A stretch of 64,000 nucleotides of DNA from Fibrobacteria bacterium (GTDB lineage Bacteria > Fibrobacterota > Fibrobacteria > UBA11236 > JADFYW01): NCBI GenBank assembly GCA_050294405.1, contig JBNKOC010000007.1, positions 96,001-160,000 on the forward strand. The letters are read 5' to 3'. The first letter of the stretch is position 1. The number at the start of each line of letters is the position of its first letter. Made by a program: the position numbers and the translations under genes. Under the pieces are notes generated by a model, which saw only the letters and a program-made list of their open reading frames with translations, was not told where the DNA came from and ran no database searches. Below, in pieces: positions 39,704 to 47,097 of this stretch.

Positions 39704-40542
39704 ACTGTATTCAATTCAGTTGTTTGTGATTCTGGTAAATAATGTTTGCACTTGACACAAACCGGACTAAAGCTCCAGTCTGCTTTTTGATGATGTTCTC
39801 TGTATTGGTTAATTATTTCTGAATTCCATAAGTCCAAAAACGAATTATTGGAAATGTTTCCAATAATATATTCTTCATGTCCTTTGAATTCAGGAAACAC
39901 ATTGCAACACATTTTTAAATTGCCCAAATAATCAATAGAGGCTGAATGATACGTCATTAAACATTTTACAATTCTTTTTTCTTCAAGGAAATCATGTGTT
40001 GTGCCACCCCGCCAATTGTAAGCCTCAATATTAGGATTGATTATTTCAATTTCACATTTATTCAGAACTGCTGCCATAGCTAAACCCTGTCTAACATTTT
40101 TCGCTTCCCAAGTTATTTCTTTTAACTTTTTTTTCTCAATCCATTCATTGATTTTATCGTATCCTTTTGAGGAATCCTTTAATGAAGGATACAATGTTGT
40201 ACGAATATATGATACACCTGCATCCAATAAATATCGTAAAAGAGATTGGTTTAAATAATCACCATTCGTAAAAACGCTTGGTCGCACAGAAGGGAGAAGT
40301 GATTTTGCAAACCTTACCTCTTCAATAATTCTTTTATTAGCTAAAGGCTCATTGTAATTATGAAATGCTAACCATCCAGAGTATTCCAGTGATTTCAATT
40401 CAATCAAGAATTTTTCAAATAAGAACCACGGCATTAGCTGTTGGTCGCTACGAAAATCAAAAGAACCGTTGGGACACCAACTACAATGTCTGTTACAGAA
40501 TCTTGAAGTTTCTATCTCAATATATTTTGGGAAATTTTGCAT
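39700..40542 (-). CDS. Radical SAM/SPASM-twitch protein (cassette 3, gene 2)
   Basis: IETSRFCNRHCSWCP, HNYNEPL, TNGDYL, C...IDYLGNLKMCC...IGNI...CVKC. Confidence 0.88.
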   Translation of the reverse strand: MQNFPKYIEIETSRFCNRHCSWCPNGSFDFRSDQQLMPWFLFEKFLIELKSLEYSGWLAFHNYNEPLANKRIIEEVRFAKSLLPSVRPSVFTNGDYLNQSLLRYLLDAGVSYIRTTLYPSLKDSSKGYDKINEWIEKKKLKEITWEAKNVRQGLAMAAVLNKCEIEIINPNIEAYNWRGGTTHDFLEEKRIVKCLMTYHSASIDYLGNLKMCCNVFPEFKGHEEYIIGNISNNSFLDLWNSEIINQYREHHQKADWSFSPVCVKCKHYLPESQTTELNTV

Positions 40543-40546
40543 CTGA

Positions 40547-41674
40547 TTATTTAAGTAGATTCATAATGATTTTTGCCGCTTGTTCTCTACCTTTTGTTCC
40601 TATTTTTTTTAATTGTAACGAGTGATTACTTCTATTGTTTGAATGTAAAATGGTTAGCTTTTCATTCAAATATTTATCAAGAGCTCGTGAAAAATTAGTG
40701 ATTGACTTTTCATTTATTGTTATTGATTGATTAAAGTTTTGAATCCTCTTTGTAACAATTTCAAGTTTTTTATTTTGTGTTTCATAAAATATTTTTTCAT
40801 ATTCCTGGCACCAAAGTGATTTGTAGGAGTTAAATTCTTTTTGATAAATAATAGACTGAAACAACTGTGTTCCATTGTATGGTAAGAGAAAAAAAATTTC
40901 AGTATTAGTGAATAATCCTTCTAAAACTGTTTCAAGTCCTGGAGAAGTCAATAGTATATTAGAATTTGAAAGCAAATCTGCAAACAGTTCAATTGACGGG
41001 AATTCTATTTGACTTATTGGAAAAATATTTTCAAAATATTCTTTGTTTTGAATTAAATATGAGGGCAAACAGATTTTACTTTTAAGTGAAGAAAAGACCT
41101 CTGATTGATTTAGAATGTTTGATACCAAAAGAATGTAGTTCAAATCTGAATCAGGAAGGCACATTGGTGATTTTAACCCTCCAAAATTTACAAGTATATC
41201 GTGCTTTTGGTTTCTTATTTTAGAATGGATAAGATTAAAGGGTAAAATTGTTTCAATTAGTTGTCCATTGTGTGGCATTTCTAACTGCTCAATGAAGTCT
41301 GCTTTAAAGAACTTTTGTATTAAGTACACAGAAGCTAAGTTTGAATAAGGCGGCATTTCATCTCTTAGCCAAAATAAAGTATCAACAAATACAGATTTAA
41401 CTTTGTATTCGTTTGAAATTTTCAAACACCTGTAGTCTAATCCTGTGATTAGTAATTCAGATTTTTTGAGTTGTTCTACAGCTTTGATATTCCATTCATT
41501 TCTGTGCGTAATTTCAATTGTTTGAATGAAATCACATTTTTGAACCAGTGAAAGTCCTGGCTCCATTCCGACATAGAAAAAGCTCAATTTGTCTTTAAGT
41601 TCTGTCGCTATGGAAATGATTTTACTTGTCGGTCCATAGCTATATGGTGCAGATGTCAGAATTACTTTTTTCAA
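40547..41674 (-). CDS. GT-B glycosyltransferase resembling cytosylglucuronate (CGA) synthase-related proteins (cassette 3, gene 1)
   Basis: APYSYGPTSK, VFVDTLFW, LVNFGGL, LLTSPGLETVLE. Confidence 0.6.
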   Translation of the reverse strand: MKKVILTSAPYSYGPTSKIISIATELKDKLSFFYVGMEPGLSLVQKCDFIQTIEITHRNEWNIKAVEQLKKSELLITGLDYRCLKISNEYKVKSVFVDTLFWLRDEMPPYSNLASVYLIQKFFKADFIEQLEMPHNGQLIETILPFNLIHSKIRNQKHDILVNFGGLKSPMCLPDSDLNYILLVSNILNQSEVFSSLKSKICLPSYLIQNKEYFENIFPISQIEFPSIELFADLLSNSNILLTSPGLETVLEGLFTNTEIFFLLPYNGTQLFQSIIYQKEFNSYKSLWCQEYEKIFYETQNKKLEIVTKRIQNFNQSITINEKSITNFSRALDKYLNEKLTILHSNNRSNHSLQLKKIGTKGREQAAKIIMNLLK

Positions 41675-41692
41675 TGGTCACAAAAGAATTAC

Positions 41693-41824
41693 ATCTAACG
41701 GTTGGCAGCTACCCAAAGGGCGGGGTTTTTACCACAAAACTTCATTTGAAAAACTAATGTTCGATTAACCACAAAACTGTCTTTGGAACACAAAAACCCG
41801 CCCTTTGGGTAGCTGCTGTTACCT
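41693..41824 (-). repeat. attC-like site 2 (132 bp)
   Basis: atctaac ... gttacct cores; perfect 20-bp arms gcagctacccaaagggcggg / cccgccctttgggtagctgc. Confidence 0.88.
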
Positions 41825-41869
41825 ACTGCCTTACTGTTTTCCATAAAGTGATGCTCTGTCATTATCGTG

Positions 41870-42934
41870 TTATTGCTCCCGAATATTGTCAAGCCACTCC
41901 CTATCAATATTTACAACAAAGAAAGGAAGTTGCCTGTTTCCTTGCTGTCTTGTGAAAATAAAAATCCTTGAAAAGAATTGCTCCTTTAAATTTATTGCTA
42001 CTGCTTTGTCTAGGCTATACTCTCCCCACATTTTCATTATTCTGTCTGGGACGAAAAATTTAAATTCTGAATGTCTATTACTGTCAACTAAATCAAGTGT
42101 CCAAACATTTGGCTGTTGTCTGTAATAATGAATTTGTGCTCTCACCCCTTCAAACCTTGATTGTTGGGAAAGGAAGTTGATACTGTTCTCTCCTTCAGCA
42201 AAAAGAAAAATCAAATCTCCTGTTTCTATTAGTCCGATAAAACTTGTATCAATCTTATTTTCAAACTCACGAATTATTCGCCCAATGATATTGTCGCTTT
42301 GAATAAAGTCCCTTACCCCTTCATGTTGATCGCTTGCATCTTTTCTTTTGTCTTTAAGTGTAGAATAAATTCTGTTGCGAATTGGTTGTGGAATTGAGTT
42401 AACATACGGAAGTAAAATATTATGGAACAAATTACAAATGTGATTAGGAAGAAACCACCTCATTGATAAAAGTGGTATTTTGTTGTTTGCTGCGAACTCA
42501 ATTGCTGATGCACTAAAATGTTCAACTGAGGCTACGCCTACTTGATAGTTGAAACGTTTTCGGTCTGAGATAGCATAGTTTGCTCGTCTGTTGTTTTTCC
42601 GTTGTTGAATTGAAGCATCTGTAACAATTTCAAATTCGTTAATGTCGTAGCGAAGTCCAAGAGCATTTCTAACAACATTAAGCCCAACTGTTTTTTGATA
42701 TGCTTTGCACTCAAAGAGAAGCCGAGAAGGATAGGAAAAAGGTAGTTGAATCGGTGGCTCCATTAAAACATCAGCATCATGAGCAGCTCCTTTGCCATTA
42801 ATAAAAAACAGCCCAGTTCCGTTTTGCTCATAGATATAATGTCCGTCAGGCCTAACCGAACCGAAGCCGCAATTTTGCAAGAGTTGTCTTACAAGATATT
42901 CAAGTAATGTTCCTTTCAGTTGTCCAGGCGTCAT
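41870..42934 (-). CDS. PD-(D/E)xK restriction-endonuclease-like (Mrr_cat-like) protein (cassette 2)
   Basis: GTLLEYLVRQLL...GF, GKGAAHDADVL, LLFECKAY, VGLNVVR, FSASAIEFA. Confidence 0.7.
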   Translation of the reverse strand: MTPGQLKGTLLEYLVRQLLQNCGFGSVRPDGHYIYEQNGTGLFFINGKGAAHDADVLMEPPIQLPFSYPSRLLFECKAYQKTVGLNVVRNALGLRYDINEFEIVTDASIQQRKNNRRANYAISDRKRFNYQVGVASVEHFSASAIEFAANNKIPLLSMRWFLPNHICNLFHNILLPYVNSIPQPIRNRIYSTLKDKRKDASDQHEGVRDFIQSDNIIGRIIREFENKIDTSFIGLIETGDLIFLFAEGENSINFLSQQSRFEGVRAQIHYYRQQPNVWTLDLVDSNRHSEFKFFVPDRIMKMWGEYSLDKAVAINLKEQFFSRIFIFTRQQGNRQLPFFVVNIDREWLDNIREQ

Positions 42935-42993
42935 TGTCGTTTCCGTTTATTTGAAGTCTGTTATGTCAAGTTTGCACTGTCCCAAAAGGTTGC

Positions 42994-43125
42994 AGGTAAC
43001 GGTAAATTGTATGAGTAGTGGCAGATTGCGTGGTACTTTCCTGTCAAACCACTACGCAGTTTGAGCGGGCTACAAACCTTGAAATTTAGCACTTTGCCTG
43101 CCATTACTTATACAAAATGTTAGGG
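42994..43125 (-). repeat. attC-like site 1 (132 bp)
   Basis: aggtaac ... gttaggg cores; 18-bp arms ttgtatgagtagtggcag / ctgccattacttatacaa. Confidence 0.88.
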
Positions 43126-43135
43126 TGCGTTATTG

Positions 43136-44128
43136 TTAAAAATAGAGATTGGTTCCTGTATCTATTGTCTCTTTTTTACTATCACTTAGAATGTTTTGTT
43201 GCCGTGTAGCAATTTTTTTACTTTGTTTATAGAAAACAATCGGAACTGGTTGAAAATTATTGCAAAGAGAGCAGTTCTTACAAATTATACCTCTGAATTC
43301 AATAAATACTGGATTTATTTCAAAGGTTCTTTTTACAATATATACCTTATTAATTTCTACAGGTTGCTCAGGTAAGCTGTAATTTACTTTCCGCTTCTTT
43401 TTTAGAAATTTCTTATCAACTGAAGTTATTGCAAATTTACGATTAATCTCGCCATTTATTTTAAGCTTTAGCAGATCAAGTTTTTTTTCTGATAAATTAA
43501 ACTCAGTTTTTAGCTTATGTGAAATATCTTCATTTATAGTAATTGATTCTTCAAGACTTAACTCCTCTTCATATTCGATGTTTTGTCCAGCTAATACCTC
43601 TACTGTAGTCATCCATTTATCCTCGAAAAGAAAATTTTCATTTATCTTCTGTACTCCAAGTAAATGAAAATCAATTGTGCTCTCAGTGAACAACCCCTTC
43701 CTTTCAGATAAAATGACAGGAAAGTCTTTTATTTGAAATTGTTTTTGAAAATCTATTTCAAATTTTGTATATAGTTTAAAAACTTTGTCTGGCAATTCCC
43801 TTATCTTCGTTTTCTCTAAAAATGATTCATAGCCTAATTCATAAGCATCACCAACTTCTTGCCTTTCTGCTTCTGCACTAAGCATTACAGCTTTTATCAA
43901 AGGATTTATTTCTATCAGTTTCTTAAAAAGGTCAGTACCTTTCATCTGTGGCATTTTCTGGTCTAGCACAACTACTTTAATAGGATTGCTTTTGATAATG
44001 TTTATTGCCTCCAAAGGATTGTCTGTTGTCAATATTCCAAATTTATACTTCGCCGATATTAACTCCGCAAAATCTTCTGCAGCATTTGGCACATCATCAA
44101 CAATTAATATTTCCGGATTTTTATTCAT
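43136..44128 (-). CDS. Response regulator: receiver domain plus unrecognised C-terminal domain (cassette 1)
   Basis: ILIVDD, VVVLDQKMPQMKG, MLSA, FLEK; C-terminal beta-rich region with CKNCSLC. Confidence 0.8.
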   Translation of the reverse strand: MNKNPEILIVDDVPNAAEDFAELISAKYKFGILTTDNPLEAINIIKSNPIKVVVLDQKMPQMKGTDLFKKLIEINPLIKAVMLSAEAERQEVGDAYELGYESFLEKTKIRELPDKVFKLYTKFEIDFQKQFQIKDFPVILSERKGLFTESTIDFHLLGVQKINENFLFEDKWMTTVEVLAGQNIEYEEELSLEESITINEDISHKLKTEFNLSEKKLDLLKLKINGEINRKFAITSVDKKFLKKKRKVNYSLPEQPVEINKVYIVKRTFEINPVFIEFRGIICKNCSLCNNFQPVPIVFYKQSKKIATRQQNILSDSKKETIDTGTNLYF

Positions 44129-45650
44129 TGGTCTTTCTATTAGGAAGTTTCACTGTCGTTGTAATATTCACACCATCAACATCAAATTCAATTGAACCTT
44201 TATTTTGCTCTTTGACTAAATGTCTTACAATTTGCAAACCAGTTCCTTTGTGGTTTCTCTTCGATGAATAGCCTGGTGTGTTTAGTTGCTTTACTGATGG
44301 GGTATTAATAGATTCATTTTGAATCACAAGTACTATTTCAGAATCACTACGTTTATTAATTAAACTAATCTTAGCGCTTGGTGGTGACGCTTTGATTGCA
44401 TTTTCAAGTAAGGGTAAAAGAATTGCTAAAAGATAATTATTAGTATATGCAGAGAATTCATCTTCTAAATCTACTATAAACTCAACTTGTTTTTCAAGGC
44501 TTTCTTGATACAAATGAGCTGCAGCAATAATGCTTCTTTTTAAAGATTCAGGAGACCAGTCTGATGAAGATGTTACAAATGCTAATTCACGGTAAGCAGC
44601 CAAAACGGATTTGCATATATCAACACTTGTTTTTATAGTTGATAATGTTTTTTTAAACTTTTTTTCATCCTTGCTTATTTCATTATAATTCTCATCAAAT
44701 ATTATTGTTTTTGTTTCTATTTGTGAAAGCGGAGTGATTAAGAAATGATATAGTTCCCTTATAAATAGTTGGTTATTCGAATTATTATATTGAGAAATGC
44801 TTAAATTATCATCTTTTAGCTTTATATCTTGTAGCTCTTTCTTAAGTTCATTTATCGATTCATTTATTGATACTAAACTTTTGCTATCAATAGACTGTGA
44901 TTTGCTAGTGCCACTAGTATTAACTAATATCTTATTTACATAATGCTCTAAATAATCTTTTTGCTTATAATTAAGTTCTTCGAACATTTTCATGTTCTTT
45001 TCGAATAGATATCGCATTTCTTCATTCATACTTCTATAATATTTGCTGTCGAATTCACGATATCTTATCCTCTCATTTTCTAACTCATACTCATCTCTAT
45101 ATCTTGTTTCTTTATTACTTAATCTATCCAACACATATCGTATAAATCTTTGTTGTTCTCTTTTTGAACTACTTGAGAATATTCTGTAAACAATTATGGA
45201 AATGATAAGGATAAACAGCAAAGGCACCCAAAAACTAAAAACAATTTTTGGGTATGAATTATTAAACTCATTCAAATACGATAATGTATCAGAATCATGG
45301 AGATTCATTTTTAGAACAAAAGGTACAACTCCAAAAAAGATGGATATAAAAATAGGAATACTGATTATTTGAGGTTTGTAATCTTTTCTTATCGATTTTC
45401 TGAAACTGAATAAGACAAATAAAAATGTTATGAAGAATATAGCATTTCCTATTTTCCATATCATTGTAGAAGTACTTGTTGGAAATATTTCTCTACTGGA
45501 CATATAAACAAACGACGTAATGATAAATCCAACAGGGAATAGAAAAATCCACCAACTTTCTTCCATGTCTATTTCGACAATAACAGCAATTGTTGCAATT
45601 ATGAGTCCTAAAATACTTAGTATAAACAATATCCAATAAAATATTTCCAT
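44121..45650 (-). CDS. Membrane sensor histidine kinase (cassette 1)
   Basis: About 5 N-terminal TMs, H-box ELYHFLITPL, N-box LLENAIKA, G-box GYSSK..HKGTGLQIV. Confidence 0.82.
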   Translation of the reverse strand: MEIFYWILFILSILGLIIATIAVIVEIDMEESWWIFLFPVGFIITSFVYMSSREIFPTSTSTMIWKIGNAIFFITFLFVLFSFRKSIRKDYKPQIISIPIFISIFFGVVPFVLKMNLHDSDTLSYLNEFNNSYPKIVFSFWVPLLFILIISIIVYRIFSSSSKREQQRFIRYVLDRLSNKETRYRDEYELENERIRYREFDSKYYRSMNEEMRYLFEKNMKMFEELNYKQKDYLEHYVNKILVNTSGTSKSQSIDSKSLVSINESINELKKELQDIKLKDDNLSISQYNNSNNQLFIRELYHFLITPLSQIETKTIIFDENYNEISKDEKKFKKTLSTIKTSVDICKSVLAAYRELAFVTSSSDWSPESLKRSIIAAAHLYQESLEKQVEFIVDLEDEFSAYTNNYLLAILLPLLENAIKASPPSAKISLINKRSDSEIVLVIQNESINTPSVKQLNTPGYSSKRNHKGTGLQIVRHLVKEQNKGSIEFDVDGVNITTTVKLPNRKTNE

Positions 45651-45694
45651 AATATATTTATTTAATGTTCAATTTTTGTTTCTCATTTTGTTTT

Positions 45695-45724
45695 AATGCA
45701 CCCTAACTTGTTTATATATGTAAC
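45695..45724 (-). other. attI-like primary recombination site
   Basis: Minus strand GTTACATATATAAACAA-G|TTAGGGTGCATT, about 67 bp past the integrase stop; resembles the attI1 core end (TAAAACAAAGTT); no hairpin; bases after the core match the R'' end of cassette 1. Confidence 0.75.
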
Positions 45725-45773
45725 AAAATTTAACTTATCTCCCAAAAAATGTTGGCTTTGTGTAGTTTTTCTT

Positions 45774-46976
45774 TCATAAAGAATCGAATGGGCTTTTAAT
45801 ATTTTGAAGGCTTCGGGTGCTAACGTGGGTGTAAATTTCGGTGGTGCGGCTGCTGTTATGCCCTAAAAGAGTTTGAATGTACCTTAGGTCTGTACCATTT
45901 TCCAAAAGATGTGTGGCATAACTATGCCTAAGCCAATGCAAACTTACAGGCTTTTTTATATTCGCCTTTTTCAGTGCTTGCTTTAATACATTTTGAAGAC
46001 TCTCCGCTGTATACTGTTCAGCTTTTCGCTGTCCCTCAAACAACCATACCGCCGGTCTGTACGCTTTGTAGTAGTCACGCAACATTTCAATAATCTTCGT
46101 TGAAATCGGCGCTATACGGTCTTTTTTTCCCTTGCCCTGCTTAATTAGCAACACGCCTCTCTTATTGTCTATGTCGGCTGGTTTCAGATTCAGCAGTTCA
46201 CTTCTTCGCAGTCCACAGGCGTATATTAAACTCAACATGGTCCTGTGTTTTATATTTCCGTGCGCCTCCAATATTGCTTTCACATCTTCCTTGCTCAGTA
46301 CATTCGGTAATTTTCTTTCTCTTCTTGGACGATGTAACGCTTTTAATTCCAGGTTTTTGTTGTCCACAATATTGAAAAAAAGTTTTATGCCATTTAATAC
46401 CTGATTTTGATAGGAGGAAGAATAGTTGTTTTTCAGGATGTAGTGGTAATTAAATTCAATAACATCTTCATTTGTGATCTGGTCAATTTGTTTTTCAGTA
46501 AAAAACCTTAGGAAAACAGAAACAACGTCAGTGTATGTCTTTATCGTACTTTGGCTGTAGCGTTTGCTCAGCAACCAGGTCTCAAATTTTTTCAGTTTTT
46601 GATTGGCATAGTCTCCCAATTTTTCCAAATTCCGACTTCGGCTTCTTCTTTTTTTATCATTTTTCTCTGAATTGTTTGAAAAAAAGTTATTGCGGTTGGA
46701 AATGGACATGGTCTCAATTCGCGCTAACCCTTCAAATGCGTCGAAAATCGCGTTTAAACTTTCAGAATTATCGGATAAATACCAGCATTTTTGCGTAATA
46801 CTCCATCGGCATCCCAGTTTACGGGCCACGGTTATCAACTTTTGATTATAGGGAAAAAATAAACCAAGCACTTTATTATTTAGATGCAATATTGGCTGCA
46901 CCCTTATTTCCGTTCGGGTTCCATACCCACTTTTAGGATTCGGTCTGTGCGCAACAGTAGCATAGGTTAAATTCAT
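45774..46976 (-). CDS. Integron-like tyrosine recombinase (SAM-like core-binding + catalytic domain; extra N-terminal domain; no IntI insertion)
   Basis: YSQSTIKTY; KLPNVLS; YACGLRRSE, KGKKDR, HWLRHSYATHLLE, LLGH, TTEIYTHV; IntI-like C-terminus SPFDSL. Confidence 0.92.
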   Translation of the reverse strand: MNLTYATVAHRPNPKSGYGTRTEIRVQPILHLNNKVLGLFFPYNQKLITVARKLGCRWSITQKCWYLSDNSESLNAIFDAFEGLARIETMSISNRNNFFSNNSEKNDKKRRSRSRNLEKLGDYANQKLKKFETWLLSKRYSQSTIKTYTDVVSVFLRFFTEKQIDQITNEDVIEFNYHYILKNNYSSSYQNQVLNGIKLFFNIVDNKNLELKALHRPRRERKLPNVLSKEDVKAILEAHGNIKHRTMLSLIYACGLRRSELLNLKPADIDNKRGVLLIKQGKGKKDRIAPISTKIIEMLRDYYKAYRPAVWLFEGQRKAEQYTAESLQNVLKQALKKANIKKPVSLHWLRHSYATHLLENGTDLRYIQTLLGHNSSRTTEIYTHVSTRSLQNIKSPFDSL

Positions 46977-46991
46977 CAGTATTTTTTCTTA

Positions 46992-47030
46992 TCCGAATTA
47001 TTACTAAAAAATTTAGTACCCTGTTTCGGA
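46992..47030. promoter_or_regulatory. Nested inverted repeat just upstream of the integrase start (candidate operator)
   Basis: TCCGAA-n4-TACTAAA-aaa-TTTAGTA-n6-TTCGGA; largely retained in the duplicate at ~49186-49215. Confidence 0.4.
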
Positions 47031-47097
47031 AAATCCCATAAAAAATACGGGCATTATAGAGATTTCCATAGAAACTAAGTCTTTTCCAGCTCCCCCC

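Larger units (their letters stand above)
31983..46976 (-). mobile_element. Integron-like element: integrase, attI-like site and at least 7 cassettes (1: 43000-45706; 2: 41699-42999; 3: 37141-41698; 4: 36112-37140; 5: 33452-36111; 6: 32643-33451; 7: 31989-32642); a decayed array probably extends to ~14.9 kb
   Basis: Co-oriented genes separated by 131-132 bp hairpin sites with AAC...GTT cores; cassette starts are complementary to cassette ends in cassettes 1, 2, 3, 4 and 7. Confidence 0.85.

Noticed and set aside
41695..41907. 70-aa minus-strand ORF
   Set aside because: Lies almost entirely over attC2; a by-product of the site
31983..43125. CRISPR array or REP/terminator interpretation of the repeated hairpins
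   Set aside because: Units are 131-132 bp, divergent, separated by whole genes and bounded by AAC/GTT cores that match across cassettes; there are no short constant repeats with spacers and no cas genes
45774..46976. Calling the recombinase XerC/XerD or canonical IntI
   Set aside because: It has a ~120-aa N-terminal extension and an IntI-like C-terminal tail unlike Xer, but lacks the IntI insertion; no gene symbol assigned
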